NCBI GenBank assembly: GCA_039815185.1
Contig: JBCBZT010000042.1
Span: 1-64,000, forward strand
From: Cyanobacteria bacterium P01_A01_bin.123
GTDB lineage: Bacteria; Cyanobacteriota; Cyanobacteriia; Phormidesmidales; Phormidesmidaceae
Length of the DNA stretch: 64,000 nucleotides
Direction of reading: 5' to 3'
Shown: positions 21,363 to 31,372 of the stretch, piece by piece
Layout of the letters: each line of letters opens with the position of its first letter
How positions within the stretch are numbered: the stretch's first letter is position 1
Notes under the pieces: model-generated
Seen by the model: the letters and a program-made list of their open reading frames with translations, nothing else
What the model was told of the DNA's origin: nothing
The model's database searches: none
Program-made: the position numbers and the translations under genes

Positions 21363-21372
21363 GTTTTATGAT

Positions 21373-21822
21373 CTAGCCCTCTCCAGCAAAGGCATTGGGG
21401 ATGTAGTCTTGCAAGATCAAGCGGCGATCGCTGTCGGCAATTAGCAAACTGGGTGTCTGGTCTGATGCTGGGGTGCGTGAGGCGGTATGGCAGCTCACCA
21501 ACGCCACATCAAAACGACAAGGTAAGTCAACCAGGGTTGGGGCTTGGGCCAAAAACAAGCGTGCCGATTTCCAAAGCTTGGCTTGTTTACTCGGGGTAAT
21601 GGCCAACAACCCAGACTCGTCCCAATTTCCTTGACTGCGGGTTTTAACCTCTACAAATACCAACATGGGGCTGGCAGGAGCACGGGTTTGAGCAATCACA
21701 TCGAGTTCTCCCCAACGGCAGTGCCAATTGCGTTTCACAATTTGCCAACCTTCCCGTTCCAGCCAATTGGCTACCAAGGTTTCACCCAAGTTCCCCAGCG
21801 TGGATTTTGAAGATTTAGCCAT
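21373..21822 (-). CDS. yraN: YraN (UPF0102) family protein
   Basis: [35 protein letters not shown]. Confidence 0.9.
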   Translation of the reverse strand: MAKSSKSTLGNLGETLVANWLEREGWQIVKRNWHCRWGELDVIAQTRAPASPMLVFVEVKTRSQGNWDESGLLAITPSKQAKLWKSARLFLAQAPTLVDLPCRFDVALVSCHTASRTPASDQTPSLLIADSDRRLILQDYIPNAFAGEG

Positions 21823-21965
21823 GATTTAGCTTAGGGGCAACACGCAGGAACAGGGTCTCGCCTCAGTTCTAATAAGGGTTTGAATAGATACTCCGCTTAG
21901 CATACACTCCCCCTTGAATTAAGGTAGGTGGAGTAGAATAGCTGTACTCGATCTTATTTGTATTC

Positions 21966-22520
21966 ATGACAAACAGACTCGATCGCATTGAAGCTATTTT
22001 GGATCGCTTAGCTACTCAGCAGACCGCTACGCAGGCCCAAATTGACAGTTTGACCACTCAGCAGACCGCTACGCAGCAGGTACAAATTGGCAGTTTGGCC
22101 ACTCAGCAGACCGCCACGCAGGCCCAAATCGGCAATAACGCTCGGGCCATCGAAGCTAATAGCAACGAGATTGATGCAGTATTCACACGCTTAGCCACTC
22201 AGCAGGCTGCTACCCAGGCCCAAATTGACAGTAATGCTCGGGTCATCGAAGCCAATAGCAACGAGATTGCCGAGGGGTTTGCCCAGATGCGCTGTGAGCT
22301 TCAGGCCAATATCGAAGATGTAACGTCTATGATCACGGCAAACAGCCAAGAAATCGATCGTTACTTTCAAGAAACTGCCCAACGCTTTCAAGAGACTGAT
22401 GAGCGTTTCAATACGCTATTGGCAGAAGCGAGGGCCGATCGACAAAAAGGTGATATCAGACATAATGCTTTTCTAGAAACTGTACAGCGACTACTGACTG
22501 AAATTGAGCGATCGCGATAA
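21966..22520 (+). CDS. Coiled-coil repeat protein, paralog A
   Basis: RLDRIEAILDRL; repeated LATQQTATQAQI and NARAIEANSNEI units. Confidence 0.75.
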   Translation: MTNRLDRIEAILDRLATQQTATQAQIDSLTTQQTATQQVQIGSLATQQTATQAQIGNNARAIEANSNEIDAVFTRLATQQAATQAQIDSNARVIEANSNEIAEGFAQMRCELQANIEDVTSMITANSQEIDRYFQETAQRFQETDERFNTLLAEARADRQKGDIRHNAFLETVQRLLTEIERSR

Positions 22521-22590
22521 CGCCTCGAAGCAGGCTTAACCCAACCCACTGGATAATCCACACGCTTTGTTTTGATTGAAATTCTTGACC

Positions 22591-22968
22591 ATGACAGACA
22601 GACTCGACCGGATTGAAGCTATCTTGGATCGCCTAGCAGCCCAACAAGCGGTTACCCAGGCACAAGTTGACCAGAATGCAAGGGTAATGGAAAGTAGCAC
22701 ACAACTTATTGCCAGCAACGCCCGGGCTATCGAAGCCAATAGCAATGAGATTGCCGAAGGCTTTGCCCAGATGGGCCGCGAGCTACAGGCCAATCTTGAA
22801 GATGTGACAGCTATGATTCTCAGCAGCATTCAGGATACCGATCGGCAAATGCGAGAAACTGATGAGCGCTTCAACACCCTGTTGGCAGAGGCAAGAGCCG
22901 ATCGACAAAGAAATGAGCAAGAACACCAAGCCTTTCGAGCGGCGATTCAGGAACTGCTGAATGATTGA
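22591..22968 (+). CDS. Coiled-coil protein, paralog B
   Basis: MTDRLDRIEAILDRL...ETDERFNTLLAEARADRQ shared with paralog A. Confidence 0.75.
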   Translation: MTDRLDRIEAILDRLAAQQAVTQAQVDQNARVMESSTQLIASNARAIEANSNEIAEGFAQMGRELQANLEDVTAMILSSIQDTDRQMRETDERFNTLLAEARADRQRNEQEHQAFRAAIQELLND

Positions 22969-22982
22969 TAGCAAACTCCCTC

Positions 22983-23966
22983 TTAACTGACTGGAGAATA
23001 AATCATTTTTTGATAAATCAGAGTGGTGTATAGCTGCCGGAAGCCCACGGATTCATAAAGCTTCAATGCACCGGAAGGATTGATTGAGTCAACACCTAAC
23101 AAACTCATTGCCATGCCAGCCGCCTTGAGCTGATGAAGGCCGGTCAATAGCATGGCTCGCCCTAAACCCTGTTGTCGATGTCCCCGTCGAGTTCCTAAAA
23201 CGTTTACCCAGCCTTCTTTAGTACCTTTGCGCAGATTGTCTTGGGCATGAATTTTGCAGTAGCAAAAGGCTGCTAGAGTGCCATCTGGGGCTACCGCAAT
23301 CTGGTCAAGCTTGGGATCATACTCAACCATTTTGGTGTAGTAGCCATATTGTTCGAGGGTCATCGGCTCATGGTTCCAGTGGTCAATGAATGACTGGTTG
23401 AACATGTCTATCCATGCTTCACCGTCGGTTTTGTAATCGACCTGTCGGATGTGATAACCCTCAGGCAAAGGACTTTCAGGAATGGGCTCGGCTAGCGATC
23501 GCGCCATCCGATAAAACTCACGGATCAAGCTGTAGCCCTGGCCTTTATATAGAGCAATCCAGTCAGTTTGTTTATCCCTGGCAGCGACGTGTAGCTCACC
23601 GGGTAAATTTGCTGCTTGGGCATACCGTTTGCCCTGCTGTTCTGCCCAGTTAAGGATGGTTGTTTCCAGGTTGCCGTGGCGAACGTCAGGATGGACGTGG
23701 CAGGTGAGGTGGCTTTGGCGTGTACCTTCTACCTCCGAGCGCCAGAGTTCTGCATGGGCTAGCAAGCGCCCAGTTTCGTCACGCCATAATTTCACGTCTT
23801 GAGCAGGGTCGCAGTCGGGGTCGGCATAGCTTTCTTGGAGTTCTGCGACTGAGGTGCCGCGATCTAACTGATCGACCGCATCGCAAAGATTGACTAAGGC
23901 CGCGATCGCCTCTAGGTCAACTTCACCTCGATAAGGGTGTTGGGTAATTACAGATGTCACCACCAT
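22983..23966 (-). CDS. Tandem GNAT acetyltransferase (MshD-like)
   Basis: VHPDVRHGNL and LGTRRGHRQQGLGRAML, ALKLYESVGF. Confidence 0.88.
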   Translation of the reverse strand: MVVTSVITQHPYRGEVDLEAIAALVNLCDAVDQLDRGTSVAELQESYADPDCDPAQDVKLWRDETGRLLAHAELWRSEVEGTRQSHLTCHVHPDVRHGNLETTILNWAEQQGKRYAQAANLPGELHVAARDKQTDWIALYKGQGYSLIREFYRMARSLAEPIPESPLPEGYHIRQVDYKTDGEAWIDMFNQSFIDHWNHEPMTLEQYGYYTKMVEYDPKLDQIAVAPDGTLAAFCYCKIHAQDNLRKGTKEGWVNVLGTRRGHRQQGLGRAMLLTGLHQLKAAGMAMSLLGVDSINPSGALKLYESVGFRQLYTTLIYQKMIYSPVS

Positions 23967-24128
23967 AAAGATGCTCCGCAGTTAGCTTTTCAGCTTGGCT
24001 AATCCGTTATACTACATAAATACTACAAGTGTCATCCCTGGCAGATTGTGAGTAAGCCGTCTTCTTTTTGCCTACCCCAAGAGCAATCGAGGGCAAAATG
24101 AGCATGTAGTTCACCGCCAACTTGCTCT

Positions 24129-26006
24129 ATGGAATGTTTTGACTCACTTCAACTCGCCATGTTTAGCGGCAAAGGGGGTGTGGGCAAAACGACTGTGTCC
24201 TGCGGTACGGCACGGCAGTGGGCACGGCGATTTCCTGATGAACGAATTTTGCTGATTTCCACTGACCCGGCCCATTCTTTGGCAGATGTGTTGCGGTTTG
24301 AGGTCACCGACATCCCTGCCTCAGTACCGGATTTGCCCAATCTGAGTGTCCGAGCCCTAGATGCCGACCGTCTACTGGCTGACTTCAAAACCCAGTATGG
24401 AGAGGTGTTGGAGCTATTGGTAGAGCGGGGCAGCTTTGTCGATGGCGAAGATCTCTCCCCCGTGTGGGATCTAGAATGGCCGGGTTTAGATGAACTCATG
24501 GGCATTTTGGAGATTCAGCGGATCTTGCGCGAAGGAGTCGCCGATCGGGTCGTGGTAGACATGGCCCCCAGCGGTCACACCTTGAATTTATTTGGGCTGA
24601 TGGATTTTCTAGATAATTTCTTAGCGGCCCTTGATCTGTTTCAAGAAAAGCATCGCTACATGCTCAAAGCCCTTTCAGGCAAATACAGTTCTGACGAGGC
24701 GGATCGGTTTATTCGAACCATGCAGGCTGACCTGAAGACAGGACGCAACTTATTGCAAGATGTAGCTCGGACTGCCTGCTGGATTGTGGCAATCCCCGAA
24801 CCGATGAGCTGGCTAGAAAGTCGGCGATTTATCCAGTCTTTGGCGGAACTGAAAATTCCCATAGGCGGTATTTTTGTGAATCGTGTTTTGGCTGGCGAGT
24901 CAGCGCGCGCCCTGGCTCAACGCCTCATGCTGCATCAGTTCGATACTTTGGTGCCTGAACGGCCTGTGTTCCGGCTACCTCAGCAAATTCAGGAGCCTGT
25001 GGAGGGTAAAGCTCTGGATCGGTTGATGGCCCAGATAAAACCTATCGGTGAGGGAGATCAAGATGCGATCGCGCCCTTAGATATCCCCGTCCAGTGGCCA
25101 GTCCCGATGCCTCCCCATCTTGAAGATTTGCTCACGGCAGGGCGCAGGCTAGTTTTAGTGGGGGGTAAAGGTGGTGTGGGTAAAACGACAGTTGCTGCCG
25201 CGATCGCATGGCACAGTGCAGCCCATCATCAAGATGCAGCGGTGCGCGTGATTTCCATTGATCCAGCCCATTCCCTAGGTGATGCTTTAGGAGAAGCGCT
25301 AGGCCATGATCCTCGACAACTGACAAATAACCTGAGTGCTCAAGAAGTTGATGCCCATCAAGTGCTCGACGATTTTCGCGAAGACTACTTGTGGGAACTC
25401 GCCGAAATGATGAGTGGCAGCGACGACATTGGCGGCGGATTGCAGGTCGCTTACGGCCCAGAAGCGTGGCGGCAAATCGTCGCCCAAGCCCTACCTGGTA
25501 TCGACGAAATGCTGTCGCTCATTACGGTGATGGACTTATTGGAACGCGACGAACAGCAACTGATTGTATTAGATACGGCTCCCACAGGTCACCTGCTGCG
25601 CTTTTTAGAAATGCCGACGGCCCTGAGCGATTGGTTGGCTTGGATCTTCAAACTGTGGATCAAATATCAAGATGTGGTGGGGCGAGTGGAACTGATGGGG
25701 CGGTTACGGAAGTTACGCCAACGAGTTGTGGCAGCCCAAAAGAAGCTCCAAGACCCCCAATACACCGAATTTATTGGCGTCGTGCAAAATCAGTCCGCGA
25801 TTTTAGCAGAGGCACAGCGGCTGACTCAAACGTTGGCAGAAATGGGTGTGAGTCAGCGCTACATCGTTCACAACCGCTATGAAGCAGGTCAGGCGCTCCC
25901 CGCGAAAAGTTTTGCTCATCAAAAAGTAGTGTGTTTGCCTCAGTTGCCTTGCAATGTTTCACCCCTAGCGCAAATTCAGGGGGCTGGAAGTTTATTGTTT
26001 GGGTAA
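24129..26006 (+). CDS. Two-domain ArsA/Get3(TRC40)-family ATPase
   Basis: GKGGVGKTT twice, S(T/I)DPAHSL twice, DMAPSGH and DTAPTGH, PGLDE and PGIDE. Confidence 0.92.
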   Translation: MECFDSLQLAMFSGKGGVGKTTVSCGTARQWARRFPDERILLISTDPAHSLADVLRFEVTDIPASVPDLPNLSVRALDADRLLADFKTQYGEVLELLVERGSFVDGEDLSPVWDLEWPGLDELMGILEIQRILREGVADRVVVDMAPSGHTLNLFGLMDFLDNFLAALDLFQEKHRYMLKALSGKYSSDEADRFIRTMQADLKTGRNLLQDVARTACWIVAIPEPMSWLESRRFIQSLAELKIPIGGIFVNRVLAGESARALAQRLMLHQFDTLVPERPVFRLPQQIQEPVEGKALDRLMAQIKPIGEGDQDAIAPLDIPVQWPVPMPPHLEDLLTAGRRLVLVGGKGGVGKTTVAAAIAWHSAAHHQDAAVRVISIDPAHSLGDALGEALGHDPRQLTNNLSAQEVDAHQVLDDFREDYLWELAEMMSGSDDIGGGLQVAYGPEAWRQIVAQALPGIDEMLSLITVMDLLERDEQQLIVLDTAPTGHLLRFLEMPTALSDWLAWIFKLWIKYQDVVGRVELMGRLRKLRQRVVAAQKKLQDPQYTEFIGVVQNQSAILAEAQRLTQTLAEMGVSQRYIVHNRYEAGQALPAKSFAHQKVVCLPQLPCNVSPLAQIQGAGSLLFG

Positions 26007-26030
26007 TCAGTGACTCGTAGACTGACAGGA

Positions 26031-26684
26031 TTACAACTCTTCTGGATCAATCCCCATCGCTCTGAGTCGTTCAGCGAATTTCTCCGCGCGCTGTTCAGCC
26101 GATTCTGCCCGCTGCCGTTCTTGCTCTAGGGTGGTAAAAGCGACGCCATTCGGCAGGTAAAGCTGTAAATCTTCCTGCAACCAGTCAAATCGTATGTGTA
26201 GGCGGGGGCTCTGCCAATTGTGCATTGAATCAATGGGAATCAGTCTTTCCCCTTGCCGAAGCCAACCACTGAGGTCATTCCGATCGGGATCGTAAAGATA
26301 ATATTCTTCTGCCCCGTAGCGTTCGTAGAACAGCAGCTTTTTATCAAGCTCGGTCTGCGAATTTCCGGGGGAACGCACCTCAAACACAACCTGGGGGGCG
26401 ATGTTGTCTTCTTTCCACTGTTGATAGGAGCCTCGGTCACCTTTGGATCTACCGAAAACCACCATGGCATCGGGTGCCTGTCGAATTTTGGGGTTACCTT
26501 CGACGGCGTACCACAGCAAATCTCCGGCCACAAACACAGTGGGATCATCCGCAAACCAAGCCTCCAAATTTTGCTGGATCAGCACGATCCAACGAAACTG
26601 TTTGGTGTTGTCTGCCATGGGCTGACCATCACTATCTGGATAGCGGATATTAGATTGTCCCGAAGTTTGGAGTTGCGAAATCAT
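26031..26684 (-). CDS. Uma2-family endonuclease (DUF820)
   Basis: YPDSDGQPMADNT, APDAMVVFG, PQVVFEVRSPGN, EEYYLYDP. Confidence 0.92.
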   Translation of the reverse strand: MISQLQTSGQSNIRYPDSDGQPMADNTKQFRWIVLIQQNLEAWFADDPTVFVAGDLLWYAVEGNPKIRQAPDAMVVFGRSKGDRGSYQQWKEDNIAPQVVFEVRSPGNSQTELDKKLLFYERYGAEEYYLYDPDRNDLSGWLRQGERLIPIDSMHNWQSPRLHIRFDWLQEDLQLYLPNGVAFTTLEQERQRAESAEQRAEKFAERLRAMGIDPEEL

Positions 26685-26759
26685 CGCGTCTGGCCCAAGT
26701 GCTTTAACACCCATTTTATTGCGGATCTTCAAATCGTAGGCCATCTCCATAGCGCTTCG

Positions 26760-29333
26760 TTAGTCGGCTTCGCCGATCAAGGTAAACGCTGCCCAATTGA
26801 CTGGGTCAGGATATTTTTCTAACGTGGCCAACATGGCAGCGCGGAGGGCTTGGGCTTTATCGCCGTGGTCAAGCCATTCTTGATAGAACACTTCCATCAG
26901 CTCCCCTGTGGGGGCATCGGGGACAGACCATAGCGAGACAATAATGCTGGGCACCCCTGCCGCGATAAAGGCGCGGGAAAGCCCAGTGACGCCATCCCCG
27001 GTGAGTTCACCACCCCCAGTATTGCAAGCGCTGAGTACTACCAGTTCTGCCTGGAGCCGGAAGGAGAGAATATCGCGGGTGCTAATCAACCCGTTATCTG
27101 ACAGGGCGATCGCAGTATTTGTCCCTGGAATCTCAATATAGGGGGTAAGCCCTTCTCCTGATTGGGCCACGGCGATCGCGCCCGGTAAGTCACTCAACGT
27201 AATCCCTTCTAGAAAACCGTGGGTGGCTAAGTGCAGTAGGCTGGCATCACCAAAGCGCTGTAAGATTGCCCCTTTCGTCGCCTGATCGCCGATCAGCGGC
27301 TGGGTGTTGAGTAAATCGGCGATGGCGATCGCCTCTTGTTCTGCCCCCGGCAAAGGCGGTGGGATCAGCGTTTCCTGTGGGCCTAACTGCACCTCTGTGT
27401 AAGTGGGGTTGCCGACCACTAAAGGATTTGAACGGGCTGCTAGCGATCGCTGGCGAGACTGTTCGGTCAGGGCCAAGACTTGAATTGAGGGTGAGGTTAA
27501 GATCGTATGCTGCTCAATCAAATACGATCCGTTATCAGCTTGCAGAGCTGGAAAAGGCACCATAAACAACACAAAATCGGGCACAAAGATAATCCGATCG
27601 TTGGGATTGGTGCTGAGATGCTCAGCAATTGGATCAATCAATAAATCATGGAGCGATCGCAGATAGGGTCGCTCTTGCCCCGACGTCTGATCTTCCAGCG
27701 CGGCTGCAATTACCGTTAGCCCCCTCGCGCCTAGAACGGTGCGGGTATCTTGCACCAGGTTCCGCACATCATCAGGTTCGTAGGCTAAAGTGGATAACTC
27801 AATCGGTTGGGCGTGAAAGTTAATCTCACCTGTGGGTTCGATTGTCCAGGTCAATAATTCTGGGGCGACCGTATCACCCCCGCAGGCATCAATCAACCAG
27901 TTAAAGCTATAGGTCACGAGGGTGGCGTCACGGCGGCGGGCGATCGCCTGGATTTCTGCTAAAGACGGAGCCGGTATGCGGGTGCCAGGTTGTTTGACGG
28001 CCCAGAGTTCTTCTAGGGCTTGGGTGCGCCCTTGCTCAATGGCCACCAGTGCTTCATCGGTTTTGCCTTGGGCCACCAAGACCCACTGCATCATCAAATA
28101 TAAATTGCTGCTGCTCAGTGGCGTGTTGAAAAACTCTGAGAAGTTACGAATTTGGCGGTCTAGTTCAACATCGTCTTCTCCTAAAGAATCCAGCGGTGTT
28201 TCAAAGACAGCGTTGAGTAAGGTAATGGCTTCTTGTAAGACGGTTTCAGCTTCTGGTAACCGATCGGCCTTAATCAGCGTCTGCGCCATGCTGACTAAAG
28301 TGAGTAATTCTTGCTCAACGGTGAATGCATCGGGGAGTGAAAATTGGTCGGGTCGATTGCGGGTGTAGATGGCCTGGGCATTTTGGTACGTCGCGATCGC
28401 CGCGTCCCAATAATTCCCGCACTGAAATCCAGAGCCGACCCGCCGGAGCAACAGCGGATCTTGCATACTCTGGGCTAGATCAGCTTGTCGCTGTAACGCG
28501 GTTTGATAATTGGACTCGTCACCCAAGCGATCGTAGACCCGCAGCAATTGATCGAGTACCCAAAACTCTCCCTCGTTATCGGGGAGGTCTCGATAGATCT
28601 GCCGAGCCGCTTCTAAGGCTTGGCGGGCGGCTTGTAGATTGCCTGCTTCAAGTTCGGTTTTGCCTTCGTCTGCAAGGCGGGTGGCTTCTGCTGCGGGATC
28701 TGGTTGATCGGGGGCGATCGCCACAAACTGACCCGCCTCAACTCGCCCGACGACAACTGAGTCTGTGCTGTCAGCGCTACGAACATTAATGGAAACCTCG
28801 ACCGCTACCGGATCACGACTGAGGATGCGATAGCTAACGCCTGTGACTCTGGGAACGGTTTCTTCGCTGTGCTCCACAGAAAAGAGATACCCGCCGTAAG
28901 CTTCATAGTTTGGATCGGTGGGAAACATCGCCCCTTCTTGCTCGTATTGAAACGCGATCATAAAGGCCGTAACTTCTAAGGCGATCGCTTGCTGCTGTTC
29001 TAGCGACAACCCTGCCCGTACCGTAACCGCACCGCCCCATTTGAGGAAGTCGTTATAGTCATTCAAAATTGAGGCGCTGGATCGGGCGTCTACAATGTCT
29101 GGATGCAGTTGGCGAAGATCTTCTACGAGCTGCTCGGAGCCTTGGCGATATCGCTCAGAAGCAGATTGTGCGACGACAGTGTTCCAGTGCTGATGGGGGC
29201 TATCTGCAGGAGTGAGTCGGGCAATGCGATTGCCTAAGCGCGGTTGTCTAGCACTAGCCTGTTCAACTAAGCCGAATGGCACAGCGACAAGCACTAGTAG
29301 AGACACCGCAGCAGCACCAGCATTGAGCACCAT
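26760..29333 (-). CDS. TPR + CHAT (caspase-HetF) protease-domain protein with N-terminal signal/TM segment
   Basis: LHLATHG (His) and VVLSACNTG (Cys) dyad, VSLWSVPD, WAAFTLIG; helical repeats in the middle. Confidence 0.9.
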   Translation of the reverse strand: MVLNAGAAAVSLLVLVAVPFGLVEQASARQPRLGNRIARLTPADSPHQHWNTVVAQSASERYRQGSEQLVEDLRQLHPDIVDARSSASILNDYNDFLKWGGAVTVRAGLSLEQQQAIALEVTAFMIAFQYEQEGAMFPTDPNYEAYGGYLFSVEHSEETVPRVTGVSYRILSRDPVAVEVSINVRSADSTDSVVVGRVEAGQFVAIAPDQPDPAAEATRLADEGKTELEAGNLQAARQALEAARQIYRDLPDNEGEFWVLDQLLRVYDRLGDESNYQTALQRQADLAQSMQDPLLLRRVGSGFQCGNYWDAAIATYQNAQAIYTRNRPDQFSLPDAFTVEQELLTLVSMAQTLIKADRLPEAETVLQEAITLLNAVFETPLDSLGEDDVELDRQIRNFSEFFNTPLSSSNLYLMMQWVLVAQGKTDEALVAIEQGRTQALEELWAVKQPGTRIPAPSLAEIQAIARRRDATLVTYSFNWLIDACGGDTVAPELLTWTIEPTGEINFHAQPIELSTLAYEPDDVRNLVQDTRTVLGARGLTVIAAALEDQTSGQERPYLRSLHDLLIDPIAEHLSTNPNDRIIFVPDFVLFMVPFPALQADNGSYLIEQHTILTSPSIQVLALTEQSRQRSLAARSNPLVVGNPTYTEVQLGPQETLIPPPLPGAEQEAIAIADLLNTQPLIGDQATKGAILQRFGDASLLHLATHGFLEGITLSDLPGAIAVAQSGEGLTPYIEIPGTNTAIALSDNGLISTRDILSFRLQAELVVLSACNTGGGELTGDGVTGLSRAFIAAGVPSIIVSLWSVPDAPTGELMEVFYQEWLDHGDKAQALRAAMLATLEKYPDPVNWAAFTLIGEAD

Positions 29334-29428
29334 GCTTTTTTCCTCAAGGCAGCAGACTCTTGTACTCTACAGTCCAAAATCTGCAGAATCATAAATCTTT
29401 CAACGAAGCGACACAATTTTGAGGTTGA

Positions 29429-29492
29429 AGATCCCAGGGTTCTCAATCCAGATTTTACCGCTACCGACAATCTCGACAGAACCCTGGGATCT
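29429..29492. repeat. 15-bp perfect inverted repeat in the divergent CHAT/panE intergenic region
   Basis: AGATCCCAGGGTTCT-N34-AGAACCCTGGGATCT. Confidence 0.75.
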
Positions 29493-29605
29493 AGCACCTC
29501 ACGACAAGGCAAAGCTATCGAAATCCTGGACACAGGATATTGGCGGATGAGGTAGCAGTTATGCTTTTGAGAAAAGCCTATTTCCTAAAAGACCTAAATC
29601 AGGTT

Positions 29606-30589
29606 ATGAAAACTCAGATTGACATAATTTCTACAAACCCTCGTAGCTACGCCATTGTTGGCACCGGAGCGTTGGGGGGCTATTACGGTGCCTGCCTGCA
29701 ACAGGCGGGGCTAGATGTACATTTTTTGCTGAACCGCGACTACGAGTATGTGCGTCAACAGGGATTAGTGGTCAAATCGGTTAACGGAGATTTTGCCTTA
29801 CCTCAGGTGCAGGCATACCAAGACACTCAAAACATGCCAGCAGTTGATGTGGTTGTGGTTGCGCTCAAAACGACCCAAAATCATTTGCTGCCGAAACTTT
29901 TGCCGCCTTTGCTCAAACTTGAGACGACCGTAGTCCTATTGCAAAACGGGTTAGAGATTGAGGCAGATGTGGCTAAGATCGTGGGTTCTCGGTCTGTCAT
30001 CAGCGGTCTTTGCTTCATTTGCTCCAATAAAATTGGCCCTGGCACCGTGCATCATCTGGACTACGGCACGATTATGTTTGGGCAATATAGCCCCCAAAAT
30101 TTGCCGTGTGGGATGACAGAGCAGTTGAGTGCGATCGCGTCAGATTTCAAAGTCGCTGACATTCCGGTGCAGCTCACAGCGGATCTCTATCTCGCCCGTT
30201 GGCGCAAGCTAGTGTGGAACATTCCCTTCAACGGATTGTCCGTTGTCCTTGATGCTTCAACGAGTGACATGATGGCTGACGCCGACGCCCGCAAATTGGC
30301 CCAACACTTAATGGAAGAAGTCGTCTTGGCTGCCAACGCCTGTGGCGATGTGTTGTCCCCCGATGCCAACCGTCACCTCCCCCCAACCTTAGTGGCTGAA
30401 ATGCTAGACCACACGGCCAAAATGAAGCCCTACCGCACCAGCATGAAGATTGACTTTGACGAAAAGCGGCCTTTGGAAATTGAGGCTATTTTTGGCAATC
30501 CGCTCAAAGCCGCTGCATCTGTTGGGGTTAGCGTACCTCGCATTGCCATGCTCTACCGCCAACTGCAATTTCTCGATCGCCATCATTGA
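29606..30589 (+). CDS. panE: 2-dehydropantoate 2-reductase (ketopantoate reductase family)
   Basis: IVGTGALGGYYG, LQNG, WRKLVWNIPFNG, TSMKID, LEIEAI. Confidence 0.85.
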   Translation: MKTQIDIISTNPRSYAIVGTGALGGYYGACLQQAGLDVHFLLNRDYEYVRQQGLVVKSVNGDFALPQVQAYQDTQNMPAVDVVVVALKTTQNHLLPKLLPPLLKLETTVVLLQNGLEIEADVAKIVGSRSVISGLCFICSNKIGPGTVHHLDYGTIMFGQYSPQNLPCGMTEQLSAIASDFKVADIPVQLTADLYLARWRKLVWNIPFNGLSVVLDASTSDMMADADARKLAQHLMEEVVLAANACGDVLSPDANRHLPPTLVAEMLDHTAKMKPYRTSMKIDFDEKRPLEIEAIFGNPLKAAASVGVSVPRIAMLYRQLQFLDRHH

Positions 30590-30607
30590 CCTTGCTAGCA
30601 GATAAAC

Positions 30608-30673
30608 CACATCTGATTTGAAACCTGGAGTTTTAGCTTAAGGAAAAACCATGGATCTGGATGTGGATGCGGT
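30608..30673 (+). repeat. Dispersed repeat, internally shortened copy of 56564-56698
   Basis: CACATCTGATTTGAAAC plus GTTTTAGCTTAAGGAAAAACCATGGATCTGGATGTGGATGCGGT match the two ends of 56564-56698. Confidence 0.75.
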
Positions 30674-30725
30674 TTAGACGCTCCCCATTACTTACAATGA
30701 ACAAGTGGGCATCAGGAGGCTCAAG

Positions 30726-31316
30726 ATGACCATCAGCACCACACCGATGACTCTAGATGAGTATCTTAATTATGACGATGGTACCGATAATCGCTACGAA
30801 TTAGTCAATGGAAATTTGGTACAAATGCCGCCAGAGAGCAGGCTGAACGAACGGATTGCCCTATGGTTATTCACTCAATTTCTCCACAACTTTCCTCTGG
30901 CTTGTTTAAGCCTCAAAACTGAGCTGGCTGTCAGTGGTTCACGGGCAACGGCTCGCATTCCTGATTTGACAGTTTTCTCTGAAGAACTGGCCGGAATTTT
31001 GCAAGCTTTGCCTCGCGCTACAGTGACCCTAGATATGCCACCGCCCATCTTGGTGGTAGAAGTGGTTTCTCCTGGGCAGCAAAATGCCGATCGAGATTAC
31101 CGCTACAAACGCTCAGAGTATGCCGCACGGGAAATTCAGGAATACTGGATTGTAGATCCCGGTCAAGGTCAGGTGGTCGTTTTGGAATGGATCAATGGGC
31201 TGTATGAATCCGCTATTTTTCAAAGCCACGAACGAATTATTTCCCCGATGCTGCCTACCTTGGGATTAACTGCCAAACAGGTCTTGAGTGCTGGTGAATC
31301 AGAGTCCGGTTCATAG
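30726..31316 (+). CDS. Uma2-family endonuclease
   Basis: [47 protein letters not shown]. Confidence 0.93.
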   Translation: MTISTTPMTLDEYLNYDDGTDNRYELVNGNLVQMPPESRLNERIALWLFTQFLHNFPLACLSLKTELAVSGSRATARIPDLTVFSEELAGILQALPRATVTLDMPPPILVVEVVSPGQQNADRDYRYKRSEYAAREIQEYWIVDPGQGQVVVLEWINGLYESAIFQSHERIISPMLPTLGLTAKQVLSAGESESGS

Positions 31317-31372
31317 ATCTGGTAATCCTTGGCTTTGCCTTTTCGATCACCGAGTCGGGCACATTCCAATGC

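Noticed and set aside
21966..22300. Repeats resembling a CRISPR array
   Set aside because: In-frame coding repeats without unique spacers; no cas genes
24129..26006. Arsenic resistance operon
   Set aside because: No arsB/acr3, arsC, arsD or arsR nearby
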